Assembly (NCBI RefSeq): GCF_036516575.1
Contig: NZ_DATBTY010000018.1
Coordinates: 3,882-67,881, forward strand
Direction of reading: 5' to 3'
Length of the DNA stretch: 64,000 nt
DNA from: Cerasibacillus sp.
GTDB taxonomy: Bacteria > Bacillota > Bacilli > Bacillales > Amphibacillaceae
The position numbers and the translations under genes were made by a program. The notes below the pieces were generated by a model, which did not search any database, was not told the DNA's origin, and saw nothing but the letters and a program-made list of their open reading frames with translations. Below, in pieces: positions 50,320 through 61,730 of this stretch. Position 1 is the stretch's first letter; the number at the start of each line of letters is the position of its first letter.

Positions 50320-50809
50320 ATCAATATAAAGAAATCATGCCGCGAAAACGGCATGATTTTTCGTATAAAACTATATCTCATTGACTGAAATTAATTCATC
50401 GACTAAATATTCATCATCGACCTTTTTCACATTAACAATACTGCGAAATTCTTTATACTTCGAATCATCTGGATAATGAATTGTAAATGCTTCGTTGAAA
50501 GTCACTTTCCAAAGTAAAAGCAATAAGCTCAAGAGTAACACAATATTTACCGGTAACAAATGGGTACCATAAAAAGGCGAATATTACCATTTGTCTAGGA
50601 CTTTAGCAATGTAATATGGCTTTTTTACCATAACTTAGTATAATAAGAGAAATGGATCCTTTTGATAGATTATCTACTTGAAGAAATCAGTAAAAAGCTT
50701 TTAAGGGTAACAACCGAGGTACCTAACTTAATGTAATAAACGATTGTAATAAAAAACCCCCATTTCTATATTTCATAGAAACAGGGGGCCTGTTATGTCT
50801 CAACGTTTG

Positions 50810-51439
50810 TTAATTTAATTTTTCAATATCTGTAATCGTAAAGTTATTGTCATCAAGTGCTTTTACGACTTTTTGCATCAATGTTTCATCGACTTCTTCA
50901 GGTAGAACAACACAAACTCTTCTCACATATTGGGAATTATTATTAAGCGAAATCACACTCTGAACATTACAGTATTCATTAACGACACTTAACATTTTCT
51001 GTAAAGCACCAGCATATTCAATCGTACCAATAGTAAGTGAGTAACTCCCATTGTGTACACCCCAAGCATTCTCTAGGACTTGAATAACATTCCCATTCGT
51101 TAATATACCTAAAAAGTTTTTATCCTCATCAACAACTGCAAGAAAAGGCAGTTGCTTGATTGATTTAAACACTTTAAAAAACGCATCTTCTTCCCTGACA
51201 TAACTATTCTTGCGATCTGCAATCAATTCATTTAGTGGGGCATCTAGTGAATGTTCTCTTTCATGTTTTAATAGATGGACTTTATAAACATTACCGACAT
51301 ACTTTTCTCCCGCTTCATCTAGGACAGGGATACAGCGATAACCGGATGTGACTAATTTGTCCATAACATCTTGCATATTATCATTTTCTTTAACATAAAC
51401 CACTTCTGTCTTATTGACATAATCATTTTTAACAAGCAT
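50810..51439 (-). CDS. cbpA: Cyclic di-AMP binding protein CbpA (CBS pair plus ACT)
   Basis: SGYRCIPVLDEAGEKYVGNVYK and AWGVHNGSYSLTI resemble Listeria CbpA as I recall it. Confidence 0.85.
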   Translation of the reverse strand: MLVKNDYVNKTEVVYVKENDNMQDVMDKLVTSGYRCIPVLDEAGEKYVGNVYKVHLLKHEREHSLDAPLNELIADRKNSYVREEDAFFKVFKSIKQLPFLAVVDEDKNFLGILTNGNVIQVLENAWGVHNGSYSLTIGTIEYAGALQKMLSVVNEYCNVQSVISLNNNSQYVRRVCVVLPEEVDETLMQKVVKALDDNNFTITDIEKLN

Positions 51440-51825
51440 CCTAAAACCCCCTATAATTTATGTTATGAATAAACCCTATACATCCATTTTCTTATATTTT
51501 ATTCCTAATTGCAATAGAATTAAAATTCATCATCTTGCTGGATTATTAAGAACACATTATTCAACAAAAACTACTAATAGTTTTAATAATTGTATTTTAG
51601 ATAATAGGGTTTACACCTGTATATAAAAATGATAATGTATGTCGTTGTGGACTCAAATAACGATTTATTGAGTCGCCTTTTTTTAAAAAATTAGAGATTC
51701 ATTCCTCACTATATTCAAATCCAAAAATTTTCATGATGAGCGTCTTCATATATGGACTCATTTACCTTAATATAGTTCAGACATAAAACGCTTTCAATAA
51801 ACTTCATAAAAAAGGAGATGAGATA

Positions 51826-53172
51826 ATGGCTTTTTCACCTTGGGATTTTTTCGTCGACTTCGGTTTAGCCGCGGTACTATTAATTATCGGAACAATTCTA
51901 CGAGCCAAAGTAAAATTCATTCAAAAATTATTTCTACCAGCTAGTATCATCGCTGGCTTTTTAGGACTATTACTAGGACCAAATGGTTTAAATTTCTTAC
52001 CGTTTTCTAACCAGATTAGCACATATCCAGCCATTCTAATCGCCTTTATCTTCGGGTCAATACCCTTAACTGCAAATGCTGTGAGTTGGAAAAAAATCAA
52101 AGGCCGAATTGGGAGCATGTGGGCCTACTCACAAAACTCAATGGTGTTAATGTGGGGAGCCGGCCTATTATTTGCGATGCTATTTATCAATCCATTTTGG
52201 GATCAGCTTCATGCTGGATTCGGGCTTATATTAGCTGCGGGATTTGTTGGTGGACACGGAACAGCCGCTGCTGTCGGCGATATGTTTAGTAAACACGGCT
52301 GGGAAGAAGCGACATCACTGGCAATGACCTCGGCAACAGTCGGTGTACTTGCTGCCATTTTAATAGGTGTTTTATTTATTAAAATTGGATCAAAGAAAGG
52401 GTATACATCTTATTTAACTGATTTTAAAGATTTACCAAATGAACTAAGGACCGGTCTAATTCCACCCCCTAAACGACAAAGTATTAAAATGGACACTGTT
52501 TCACCGATTTCCGTTGATCCATTCGTCCTACATTTTGCCTTAGTTATTTTCATAGCAATGGGTGGTTATTACTTGAGTAAGTGGGGAGAAGCACTATTCC
52601 CTCAAGCTACGATTCCTGTCTTTTCCTTAGCTTTTATTGTTGGATTACTCGTTAAAAAAATCCTTATTAGTACAAATTCAGATCAATATATCAATGGACA
52701 TGTTGTGAGTCGAATTAGTGGAAGTGCAACTGATTTTCTCGTTGCATTCGGAATAGCATCTATTAGTATCTCTGTTGTACTCGATTACATTACACCATTA
52801 GTGATTTTACTCAGTTTTGGATTAATCATCGCTTTTATGTTTTTTGCAGTTATATCGAAAAAATACTTTCCTGATTATTGGTTTGAACGTGGGATATTTA
52901 ACTGGGGTTGGACAACTGGAACCGTTGCAATGGGAATCGCCCTATTGCGTATTGTCGACCCACATTCAGAAAGTAAGACACTGGATGATTACGGTTTAGC
53001 CTATATTCCAATTGCACCAGTAGAGGTCCTTTTAGTCACATTCGGACCATTACTCGTAATCCAATCGCAGTCCTATCTCTTTGTGGCCGTTACACTGTTA
53101 GCATCTGCATTCATATTTTGGATATCTTATAAAAACAATTGGATTAAAAAGAAAGCGACAACAAAACAATAA
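51826..53172 (+). CDS. gltS: Sodium/glutamate symporter (GltS/ESS family)
   Basis: FLPASIIAG, GFVGGHGTAAA and TGTVAMGIALL motifs. Confidence 0.85.
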   Translation: MAFSPWDFFVDFGLAAVLLIIGTILRAKVKFIQKLFLPASIIAGFLGLLLGPNGLNFLPFSNQISTYPAILIAFIFGSIPLTANAVSWKKIKGRIGSMWAYSQNSMVLMWGAGLLFAMLFINPFWDQLHAGFGLILAAGFVGGHGTAAAVGDMFSKHGWEEATSLAMTSATVGVLAAILIGVLFIKIGSKKGYTSYLTDFKDLPNELRTGLIPPPKRQSIKMDTVSPISVDPFVLHFALVIFIAMGGYYLSKWGEALFPQATIPVFSLAFIVGLLVKKILISTNSDQYINGHVVSRISGSATDFLVAFGIASISISVVLDYITPLVILLSFGLIIAFMFFAVISKKYFPDYWFERGIFNWGWTTGTVAMGIALLRIVDPHSESKTLDDYGLAYIPIAPVEVLLVTFGPLLVIQSQSYLFVAVTLLASAFIFWISYKNNWIKKKATTKQ

Positions 53173-53192
53173 CGACCTTTTATATGATACTA

Positions 53193-53232
53193 ACAAGCGG
53201 AGAAAACGTATTTCGTTTTTTCCGCTTGTTTT
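53193..53232 (+). terminator. Intrinsic terminator after gltS
   Basis: ACAAGCGGAGAAA...TTTTTCCGCTTGTTTT. Confidence 0.7.
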
Positions 53233-53276
53233 AATATATATATCTGTATGGTATTTTGGAGGTTAGGCGAGGTGCG

Positions 53277-53692
53277 TTGGAGGGCCAAGGCGGTATATCG
53301 AAGCAGGTTTGCGGTGCGAGAGGTAGCATTGGAGCTTCAATGCGGTGTCTCGTCGTCGGTTTTGAGCGCGAGAGGCTGTATTGTACGTTCAACGCGGTGT
53401 CTCGTCGTGAGTTTTGAGCGCGAGAAGCTGTATTGAACGTTCGACGCGGTGTCTCGTCGTGAGTTTTGTTCGCGAGAGGCTGCATTGAGCTTTCAACGCG
53501 GTGTCTCGTCGTCGGTTTTGAGCGCGAGAGGCTGTATTGTACGTTCAATGCGATGTCTCAGCACAGCTTTCACATGTGAGAGGACGCGTTGGAGCTTTAA
53601 TGTGATGTCTCGTTGTAGTTTTTCAACGTGAGAGGACATATTGAAACCTCAATACGTTGTCTCGTGGTGAGTTTTCAACGCGAGAAGCTATC
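53277..53692 (+). repeat. 52-bp tandem array, family A, copy A3 (8 units)
   Basis: Cores at 53277, 53329, 53381, 53433, 53485, 53537, 53589 and 53641. Confidence 0.95.
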
Positions 53693-53786
53693 ACTCACTT
53701 CAATTGTCAGAGCAAATCTAGAAAATCACATATAAAAAAGGCTCCGCATATCGATCTACATCGACTTACGGAGCTCTTTATTTCCA

Positions 53787-54953
53787 TTATTTTTTATTAA
53801 TATATTGACGCATGTGATCTTTAATTCCAGCTAAACAAATTGGAGCAGGGTCTTTCGTTACATCTAAATCTAATGAAGAACCGTCAACCGGAAGTACCTC
53901 TTCAAAAATCTTTTCATACTCTGGTATTGAAATTTCCTGACGTGCTGCAAATAACTCCATATGTTTATCAATAAAAAGATGTTCACGATAGTCCGGTTGT
54001 AAAATTCCAGAGAAAAATTCACCGACCGCACCAGACCCATAACTAAATAGGCCGATTCGTGAGCCATCTTTCAATGGCTTTTGTTCGAGTAAAGATAACA
54101 GGCTTAAATATAATGATCCAGTATAAATATTTCCGATTCTTCGATTATAAGTTGTACTTGTTTGATAATAGTCGACTAATCGTTCTTTATCAGCTTCTGT
54201 ACCTTCATCATAAATCGTACGCAATGCTTTTAATCCCATTTTTGTATATGGTAAGTGATAACATAATGCTTCAAAATCACTTAGACCAAGCCCTGTTTTC
54301 TCTTTATACGTATTCCACACCGATGAGAAAAAGGATATATATTTTTCATTTGAATATTTTCCATCAACATAAGCAGTGTCTGAGTATACAGGACGCCAGA
54401 AATCCATAATATCATCTGTTTGATATGTGCTTGTTTCTTCTAATGCCATGATTCTTGGATTGGCACTAATAACAATTGCGACAGCGCCTGCCCCTTGTGT
54501 GACTTCGCCCGGCGTATTCAAGCCATATCTTGCAATATCGGAAGCAAGAATTAAAACTTTGCTGTCTGGATTTAAGGCAATATGGCCTTTCGCTAATTGA
54601 ATCGCTGCTGTTGCTGCATAGCATGCCTGCTTCATTTCAATTGAACGCGCTTCTGGTTTTAAGCCTAATAAATGATGGACATAAATCGCTGCTGATTTTG
54701 AATGGTCAATACCTGTTTCAGTTCCAAAAATAACAAAGTCAATCGCCTTTTTATCATCATCATTTAATATATTGAATGCAGCATTTGCAGCCAATGTCAC
54801 TGGATCTTGAGTAATCGGCGCCACAGCCATCTCATCCTGACCGATTCCAATGGTATACTTTTCTGGCTCTTCCTTACGCGCCAACGCCAATTTATTCATA
54901 TCAATATATAAATGTGGTGTGAAAAAACCTATTTTGTCAATACCTATTTTCAC
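53787..54953 (-). CDS. mvaS: Hydroxymethylglutaryl-CoA synthase
   Basis: TETGID, EMKQACYAAT, SDIARY, TQGAGA, YHLPY and SYGSG motifs. Confidence 0.95.
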   Translation of the reverse strand: MKIGIDKIGFFTPHLYIDMNKLALARKEEPEKYTIGIGQDEMAVAPITQDPVTLAANAAFNILNDDDKKAIDFVIFGTETGIDHSKSAAIYVHHLLGLKPEARSIEMKQACYAATAAIQLAKGHIALNPDSKVLILASDIARYGLNTPGEVTQGAGAVAIVISANPRIMALEETSTYQTDDIMDFWRPVYSDTAYVDGKYSNEKYISFFSSVWNTYKEKTGLGLSDFEALCYHLPYTKMGLKALRTIYDEGTEADKERLVDYYQTSTTYNRRIGNIYTGSLYLSLLSLLEQKPLKDGSRIGLFSYGSGAVGEFFSGILQPDYREHLFIDKHMELFAARQEISIPEYEKIFEEVLPVDGSSLDLDVTKDPAPICLAGIKDHMRQYINKK

Positions 54954-55169
54954 TGCTGTGATTCTCCTTTATTTTAATACATAGTATATTTAGCGACACA
55001 TTATAAACGTAGATTTAATAATAATCATACTAACATATTTTCGCATATTCATTGAGAAAATGAAAGTGTTCTTGCTTTTTTAAGTAAGCAGTGAATATTT
55101 AACAATTTACAAAAGCATAAAATAGGTCTGCTAACGAGTTCAGTCCTTTTGCTCAAAACTCTTTTTATA

Positions 55170-56159
55170 TTAATATTCATAAAAATAACGCTGAATCTCC
55201 ATATAATCCTCAGTCATGCAGAGAGCTAACATTAATAAAATACGTGCTTTCTGTGGTGTTAAGTTATCACCCGCAATCGTACGTAGTCCTTCATAAGCTG
55301 CTATATCAACAACAGACCCCTGCCCACCACGACTACTGCGCACGACATGAAGACCTTTCTCAATCGCGTGACGAATCGCGCGCTCCTCAACTCTGGAAAA
55401 ACGCCCCGCCCCCACACCTGCAATGACCAGACCATCATAAGAATCAGTGGAAGAAATATAATCAATTAAATCACCATCTGCACCTGCGTATGAGTAAACA
55501 ATGGCAATACGTGGCAATTGATTCATTTCAAGCTGAGTAAAAATCGAATGAACCGTATGTTTCCTTGTCGGCTCGCGATAAAACTCTACAGTCCCATTCG
55601 GATTGACCCACCCTAAATGGCCCAACTCACCCGATTGAAATGTTTCGACGCGATATGTATTCACTTTAGTGACATCACGCGCACAGCTAATTTGATCATT
55701 TGCGACGACAAGCACACCTCTTCCTTTCGATTGTTCATGGGTCGCCACTCGAACTGCGTTGAGGAAATTTAGTGGCGCATCCGTACTAAGAGCTGAGGAT
55801 GGTCGTTGAGCTCCAACAAGTACAACAGGTTTATCCGTCGCTAACGTTAAATGTAAATAATAAGCTGTTTCTTCCAACGTACTTGTCCCTTGTGTAATAA
55901 CAGCACCATCAAAATCTAACTCATTTAAATATCGATTAACTTCACGCTGTAAAATCAGCCAATGTGCTTCTTTTAAATTAGTACTACTAATATTATCAAT
56001 TTGTACCGGGTGAACTTCTGCAATCTGATTGATTTCAGGAAGGGAGTCCAAAAGCTCTTCACCTGTTATTTTTCCAGACGTATAGTCTTTTAAATCTAAC
56101 CGATTCTTCCCTTTCGCTGAGATCGTTCCCCCCATAGAGAACAAAGCTATTTTTTTCAT
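55170..56159 (-). CDS. L-asparaginase / glutaminase family protein
   Basis: MGGTIS, ITQGTSTLEETA and VLVGAQRPS motifs; start moved to 56159. Confidence 0.92.
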   Translation of the reverse strand: MKKIALFSMGGTISAKGKNRLDLKDYTSGKITGEELLDSLPEINQIAEVHPVQIDNISSTNLKEAHWLILQREVNRYLNELDFDGAVITQGTSTLEETAYYLHLTLATDKPVVLVGAQRPSSALSTDAPLNFLNAVRVATHEQSKGRGVLVVANDQISCARDVTKVNTYRVETFQSGELGHLGWVNPNGTVEFYREPTRKHTVHSIFTQLEMNQLPRIAIVYSYAGADGDLIDYISSTDSYDGLVIAGVGAGRFSRVEERAIRHAIEKGLHVVRSSRGGQGSVVDIAAYEGLRTIAGDNLTPQKARILLMLALCMTEDYMEIQRYFYEY

Positions 56160-56402
56160 CTCTCTACCTCCAACAAACCCTAGACTTAATCTATATCGTA
56201 TTATACACAATATAATAGATTAATTTTATAGCTTCCTAGCTAGCTCAAAAAACTAACTTTTATATAATCCTAAAGACTCATTATTTAGAGCAATTATTAC
56301 AAACAAATTAAATTTATGTAAAAAACAGTAAATTATATACAAATTTTTGGCTAACACCGTTATAATGCCTTAATAAAGGAGTATATGGAGGGAGGGATTA
56401 CA

Positions 56403-56690
56403 ATGGATCGCTTTTTTAGTTTTGACAAGATGCTTACACCTACAATTATTAAAATTCTTTTTTGGATTGGACTTGTTTTCGTAGGATTAACAGGCTTAGT
56501 CTTTATTATTTCAGGGCTTAATACATATGCTGGTGGATTTATTACACTTTCTGGTATTGGCATTTTAGTCGTTGGTCCAATCTTTGTAAAAGTCTATTGC
56601 GAACTACTTATTGTCATGTTTAAAATGCACGAAACATTAGTTGAAATTAGAGATGAATTAAGACAATCTAAGCAACAAAGAATTTCATAA
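56403..56690 (+). CDS. DUF4282 family small membrane protein
   Basis: FFSFDKMLTPTIIKILFW and VYCELLIVMFK motifs. Confidence 0.8.
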   Translation: MDRFFSFDKMLTPTIIKILFWIGLVFVGLTGLVFIISGLNTYAGGFITLSGIGILVVGPIFVKVYCELLIVMFKMHETLVEIRDELRQSKQQRIS

Positions 56691-56754
56691 TAAAAAACAG
56701 CTTTACAAAACGTGTATAATATGATAACGTTTACACAAATGAATAATTAGGAAT

Positions 56755-56855
56755 CTACTAGGGGTGTCCAAACAGCTTGGACTGAGAGAAGAGCGCGCTT
56801 TAAGCTCTTTGACTCTTAGAACCTGATCTGGTTTGTACCAGCGGAGGGAAGTAGT
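56755..56855 (+). ncRNA. TPP riboswitch
   Basis: CTAGGGGTG...CTGAGA...ACCTGATCTGG...ACCAGCGGAGGGAAG; upstream of thiC. Confidence 0.95.
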
Positions 56856-56993
56856 CTGCATACATGTATCCTTTTGTGATGCATCGTTTTTTGTAAGTCC
56901 ATGCTCTTGTGTAGGCAATGAATCGGGTTCTTGAAAAAGAACTCGATTTTTTTATTTTTTAAGGTGACTTACTTTCTTCCTATACCTCGATAG

Positions 56994-58971
<1,978 letters not shown>

Positions 58972-59204
58972 ACTTAGTTATTTGATTATGGAACTGCCCA
59001 GAAAATCATGAGCAATGACGAAATTTCTGGGTAGTTTTTTACGCTTTTAATAGTATTTTAGTTTAGGTTTCACATGGCTTCGTTAAATATTTTGACCGAT
59101 CCATTGACGCCGCTTTAGTAGTAATTTAGTTGACGCTTCACTTTACTTGTACGATTTTGTCACATACCATAACATATTAATAGCTATAAAAATGACATTT
59201 AAGG

Positions 59205-59885
59205 ATGAATAAAATGACAGAGATTTTGAAAAATGACTGGGCACCTCGGCTAAAAAAGGAATTTTCCAAATCATATTATTTAAGACTACGAGAATTTTTG
59301 AAAAAAGAATACCAAACAGAGACCATTTATCCGAATATGTACGATATTTTTAACGCCTTACATTATACACCTTTCAGTGATGTGAAAGTCGTCATTCTCG
59401 GACAAGATCCATATCATGGACCAAACCAAGCACACGGGCTTAGTTTTTCCGTGCAACCAGGTGTGAAGCGCCCACCATCTCTAATAAATATTTTCAAAGA
59501 ATTAGAAAATGACCTTGGCTTTCAGTCACCGAATCACGGCAATCTTGTTAAGTGGGCCAAACAGGGCGTGCTTCTTTTGAATACCGTATTAACAGTTCGT
59601 AGTGGTCAAGCCCATTCTCACCGTGGACAGGGTTGGGAAAACTTTACAGACCAAGTTATAAAAACATTAAATGAAAAGGAAAAGCCGATTGTTTATATCC
59701 TTTGGGGCAGAGCTGCTCAAAACAAGCAAGCTTTAATCGATTTGGACAAACATTTTGTATTAACGGCACCACATCCGAGTCCCCTTTCAGCACACCGTGG
59801 TTTTTTTGGAAGTCGTCCATTTTCAAAAACAAACACACTCCTAAAGCAAACCGGACAAGAAGAAATTGATTGGGGTATTGAGTGA
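59205..59885 (+). CDS. ung: Uracil-DNA glycosylase
   Basis: [20 protein letters not shown] and HPSPLSA motifs. Confidence 0.97.
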   Translation: MNKMTEILKNDWAPRLKKEFSKSYYLRLREFLKKEYQTETIYPNMYDIFNALHYTPFSDVKVVILGQDPYHGPNQAHGLSFSVQPGVKRPPSLINIFKELENDLGFQSPNHGNLVKWAKQGVLLLNTVLTVRSGQAHSHRGQGWENFTDQVIKTLNEKEKPIVYILWGRAAQNKQALIDLDKHFVLTAPHPSPLSAHRGFFGSRPFSKTNTLLKQTGQEEIDWGIE

Positions 59886-60241
59886 GGGAGATTTGGCATC
59901 TCTCTCCCTCCCAAAAGAAAGACTACACTACCTCTTTCTAACGCTTTTTGCGAAGTAAGGAGCATACTTTTTTCCCCCACTCAATCTAAAAAATGGTGCG
60001 CACTCTTCCCCTAGCAAACTTGATTCCACTTTCTTTTTAGCTTAAAATCTATATAAGGTTCACTAAATTTAGATAGCCTTTTTACTAGACTGAACCTTGT
60101 CGCACTTACGCTCTACAAATATTTTTCTGTGGACGAATAACCACTACCCCGGTCGTTTCCCTGCCACTTTGAGCTGTTTTCCCCTATCTATAGGACTTTA
60201 ATAATACCAGCAAAATAAAAATGAATAGAAAGGTTGATATT

Positions 60242-61168
60242 ATGAAAGACGTTCAGCAAAAAATAGTCATGCCAAAAGATTTACAAAAAAGGCGTATTCT
60301 ATTCGCTCGCATGAACCTTTCAAAAAAAGAGAAACAACATTATATTCGACTATTAAAAGGATATGAAGGAGAAAAACAATTCTATCACTTGATAAAAAAC
60401 AACCTCACAACCAACTCTATTTTTCTCCACAATCTTCTACTCCAAAGTAACAACTCCCTTTTTCAAGTTGATCACACACTCATTCATGCTCATACCATTT
60501 TTTCATTCGAAGTAAAAAACTATGAAGGTGAATTTTATATTGATAATGGAAATTGGTTTGTCAAATCAACTAAGCAAGAAATTCGAAATCCGCTCAATCA
60601 ATTAAATAAGAGCGATTACTTACTACGCCAGCTCGTCAAAAATCTCGGTCACAATATACCCGTAAAATCATATCTCGTTTTTATTAACCGAGACTTTACT
60701 CTATATCAACTTCCACCTAACCTACCTATCCTACTTCGAAGCCAATTAAATCGATTCATCCAATTCCTGAACAAATCACACGTCCCGCTCAAACAAGAGC
60801 ATCATCGGTTAGCTCAGGATTTAAAGGAGATTCAAATAACTGATACTTTCTTTGAAAACCTGCCAGACTATGACTTCAAACAACTACGAAAAGGCATCAC
60901 CTGCCCGGAGTGCTGTATGTTTTTATCGAGGGAGAGACAAAGCTTTTTATTATGTGATAACTGCGGATATACTGAGACATTAGAAAAAGGGATATTGCGC
61001 AACGTGTATGAGTTCCATCTACTATTTCCAGGTATGAAAATAACAACCAATGTCATTTATGAGTGGTGTCATATATTTCGGTCACCTACAACCATTAGAA
61101 AAGTACTATCAAAGCATTTTATCTTCATTCATAATGGGCCTTACTCTTATTACGACATAAGGCCATAA
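60242..61168 (+). CDS. NERD (nuclease-related domain) protein with C-terminal Zn ribbon and helical tail
   Basis: KGYEGEKQF, FQVDHTL...FEVKNYEG and NPLNQL; CPEC-x16-CDNC; ATG 60242 after GAAAGG (track start 60221). Confidence 0.88.
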   Translation: MKDVQQKIVMPKDLQKRRILFARMNLSKKEKQHYIRLLKGYEGEKQFYHLIKNNLTTNSIFLHNLLLQSNNSLFQVDHTLIHAHTIFSFEVKNYEGEFYIDNGNWFVKSTKQEIRNPLNQLNKSDYLLRQLVKNLGHNIPVKSYLVFINRDFTLYQLPPNLPILLRSQLNRFIQFLNKSHVPLKQEHHRLAQDLKEIQITDTFFENLPDYDFKQLRKGITCPECCMFLSRERQSFLLCDNCGYTETLEKGILRNVYEFHLLFPGMKITTNVIYEWCHIFRSPTTIRKVLSKHFIFIHNGPYSYYDIRP

Positions 61169-61187
61169 CATTAATTATTTTGCTGTT

Positions 61188-61510
61188 CTTATCTGGTGAT
61201 CTACTCTTCATGTCTTTCTATTTTTAACAGAGGCCGTATGGAGTGGAACACTCTACTCTGCATTGATTGATATCTTTAACAGTATCCGCGCGGAGTGGAA
61301 CACTCTACTCTCCATCGATTGATATCTTTAACAGAGGCCGTGCGGAGTGGAACACTCTACTCCGCATCGATTGATATCTTTAACAGAGGCCGTGCGGAGT
61401 GGAACGCTTTACTCCGCATCGATTGATATCTTTGACAGAGGCCGTGCGGAGTGGAACGCTCTAATCTCCATCGATTGATATCTTTAACAGGGTTCGTACA
61501 GAGTAGAAAA
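61188..61510. repeat. 52-bp tandem array, family B/C, copy C (5 full units plus degenerate flanks)
   Basis: GGAGT-N10-ACTCC-type cores at 61240, 61292, 61344, 61396 and 61448, partial at 61500; in-phase ACTC at 61203. Confidence 0.95.
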
Positions 61511-61730
61511 CATTCCATCACCACCAACCACTCACTTAATAAAAACCCGTTAAGGTATAACGGCAATCACTCATTCCAACCCAAGAATCCTACAAAAATA
61601 CGCATTTTACTGACAAAAATTTCATTTGCTATTTGAATTTTAATGTATTATATTTAAAAGGTAACAAAAACGGCATTCGTCTGACTATTCAAAACAAATG
61701 GGGCGGATTTACGAAAGGGGTTTACAGTTA

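Noticed and set aside
53231-53631. Track ORFs inside repeat arrays (also 14149-14391, 19205-19447, 32442-32703, 42831-43028, 61357-61636)
   Set aside because: They are translations of non-coding repeats with a period not divisible by 3, no RBS and no family motifs.
60221-61510. Guide-RNA array of TIGR/CRISPR type serving the nuclease
   Set aside because: Units are nearly identical with no variable guide segments, and the protein has no recognisable Nop or Cas domain; only a structural association is proposed.
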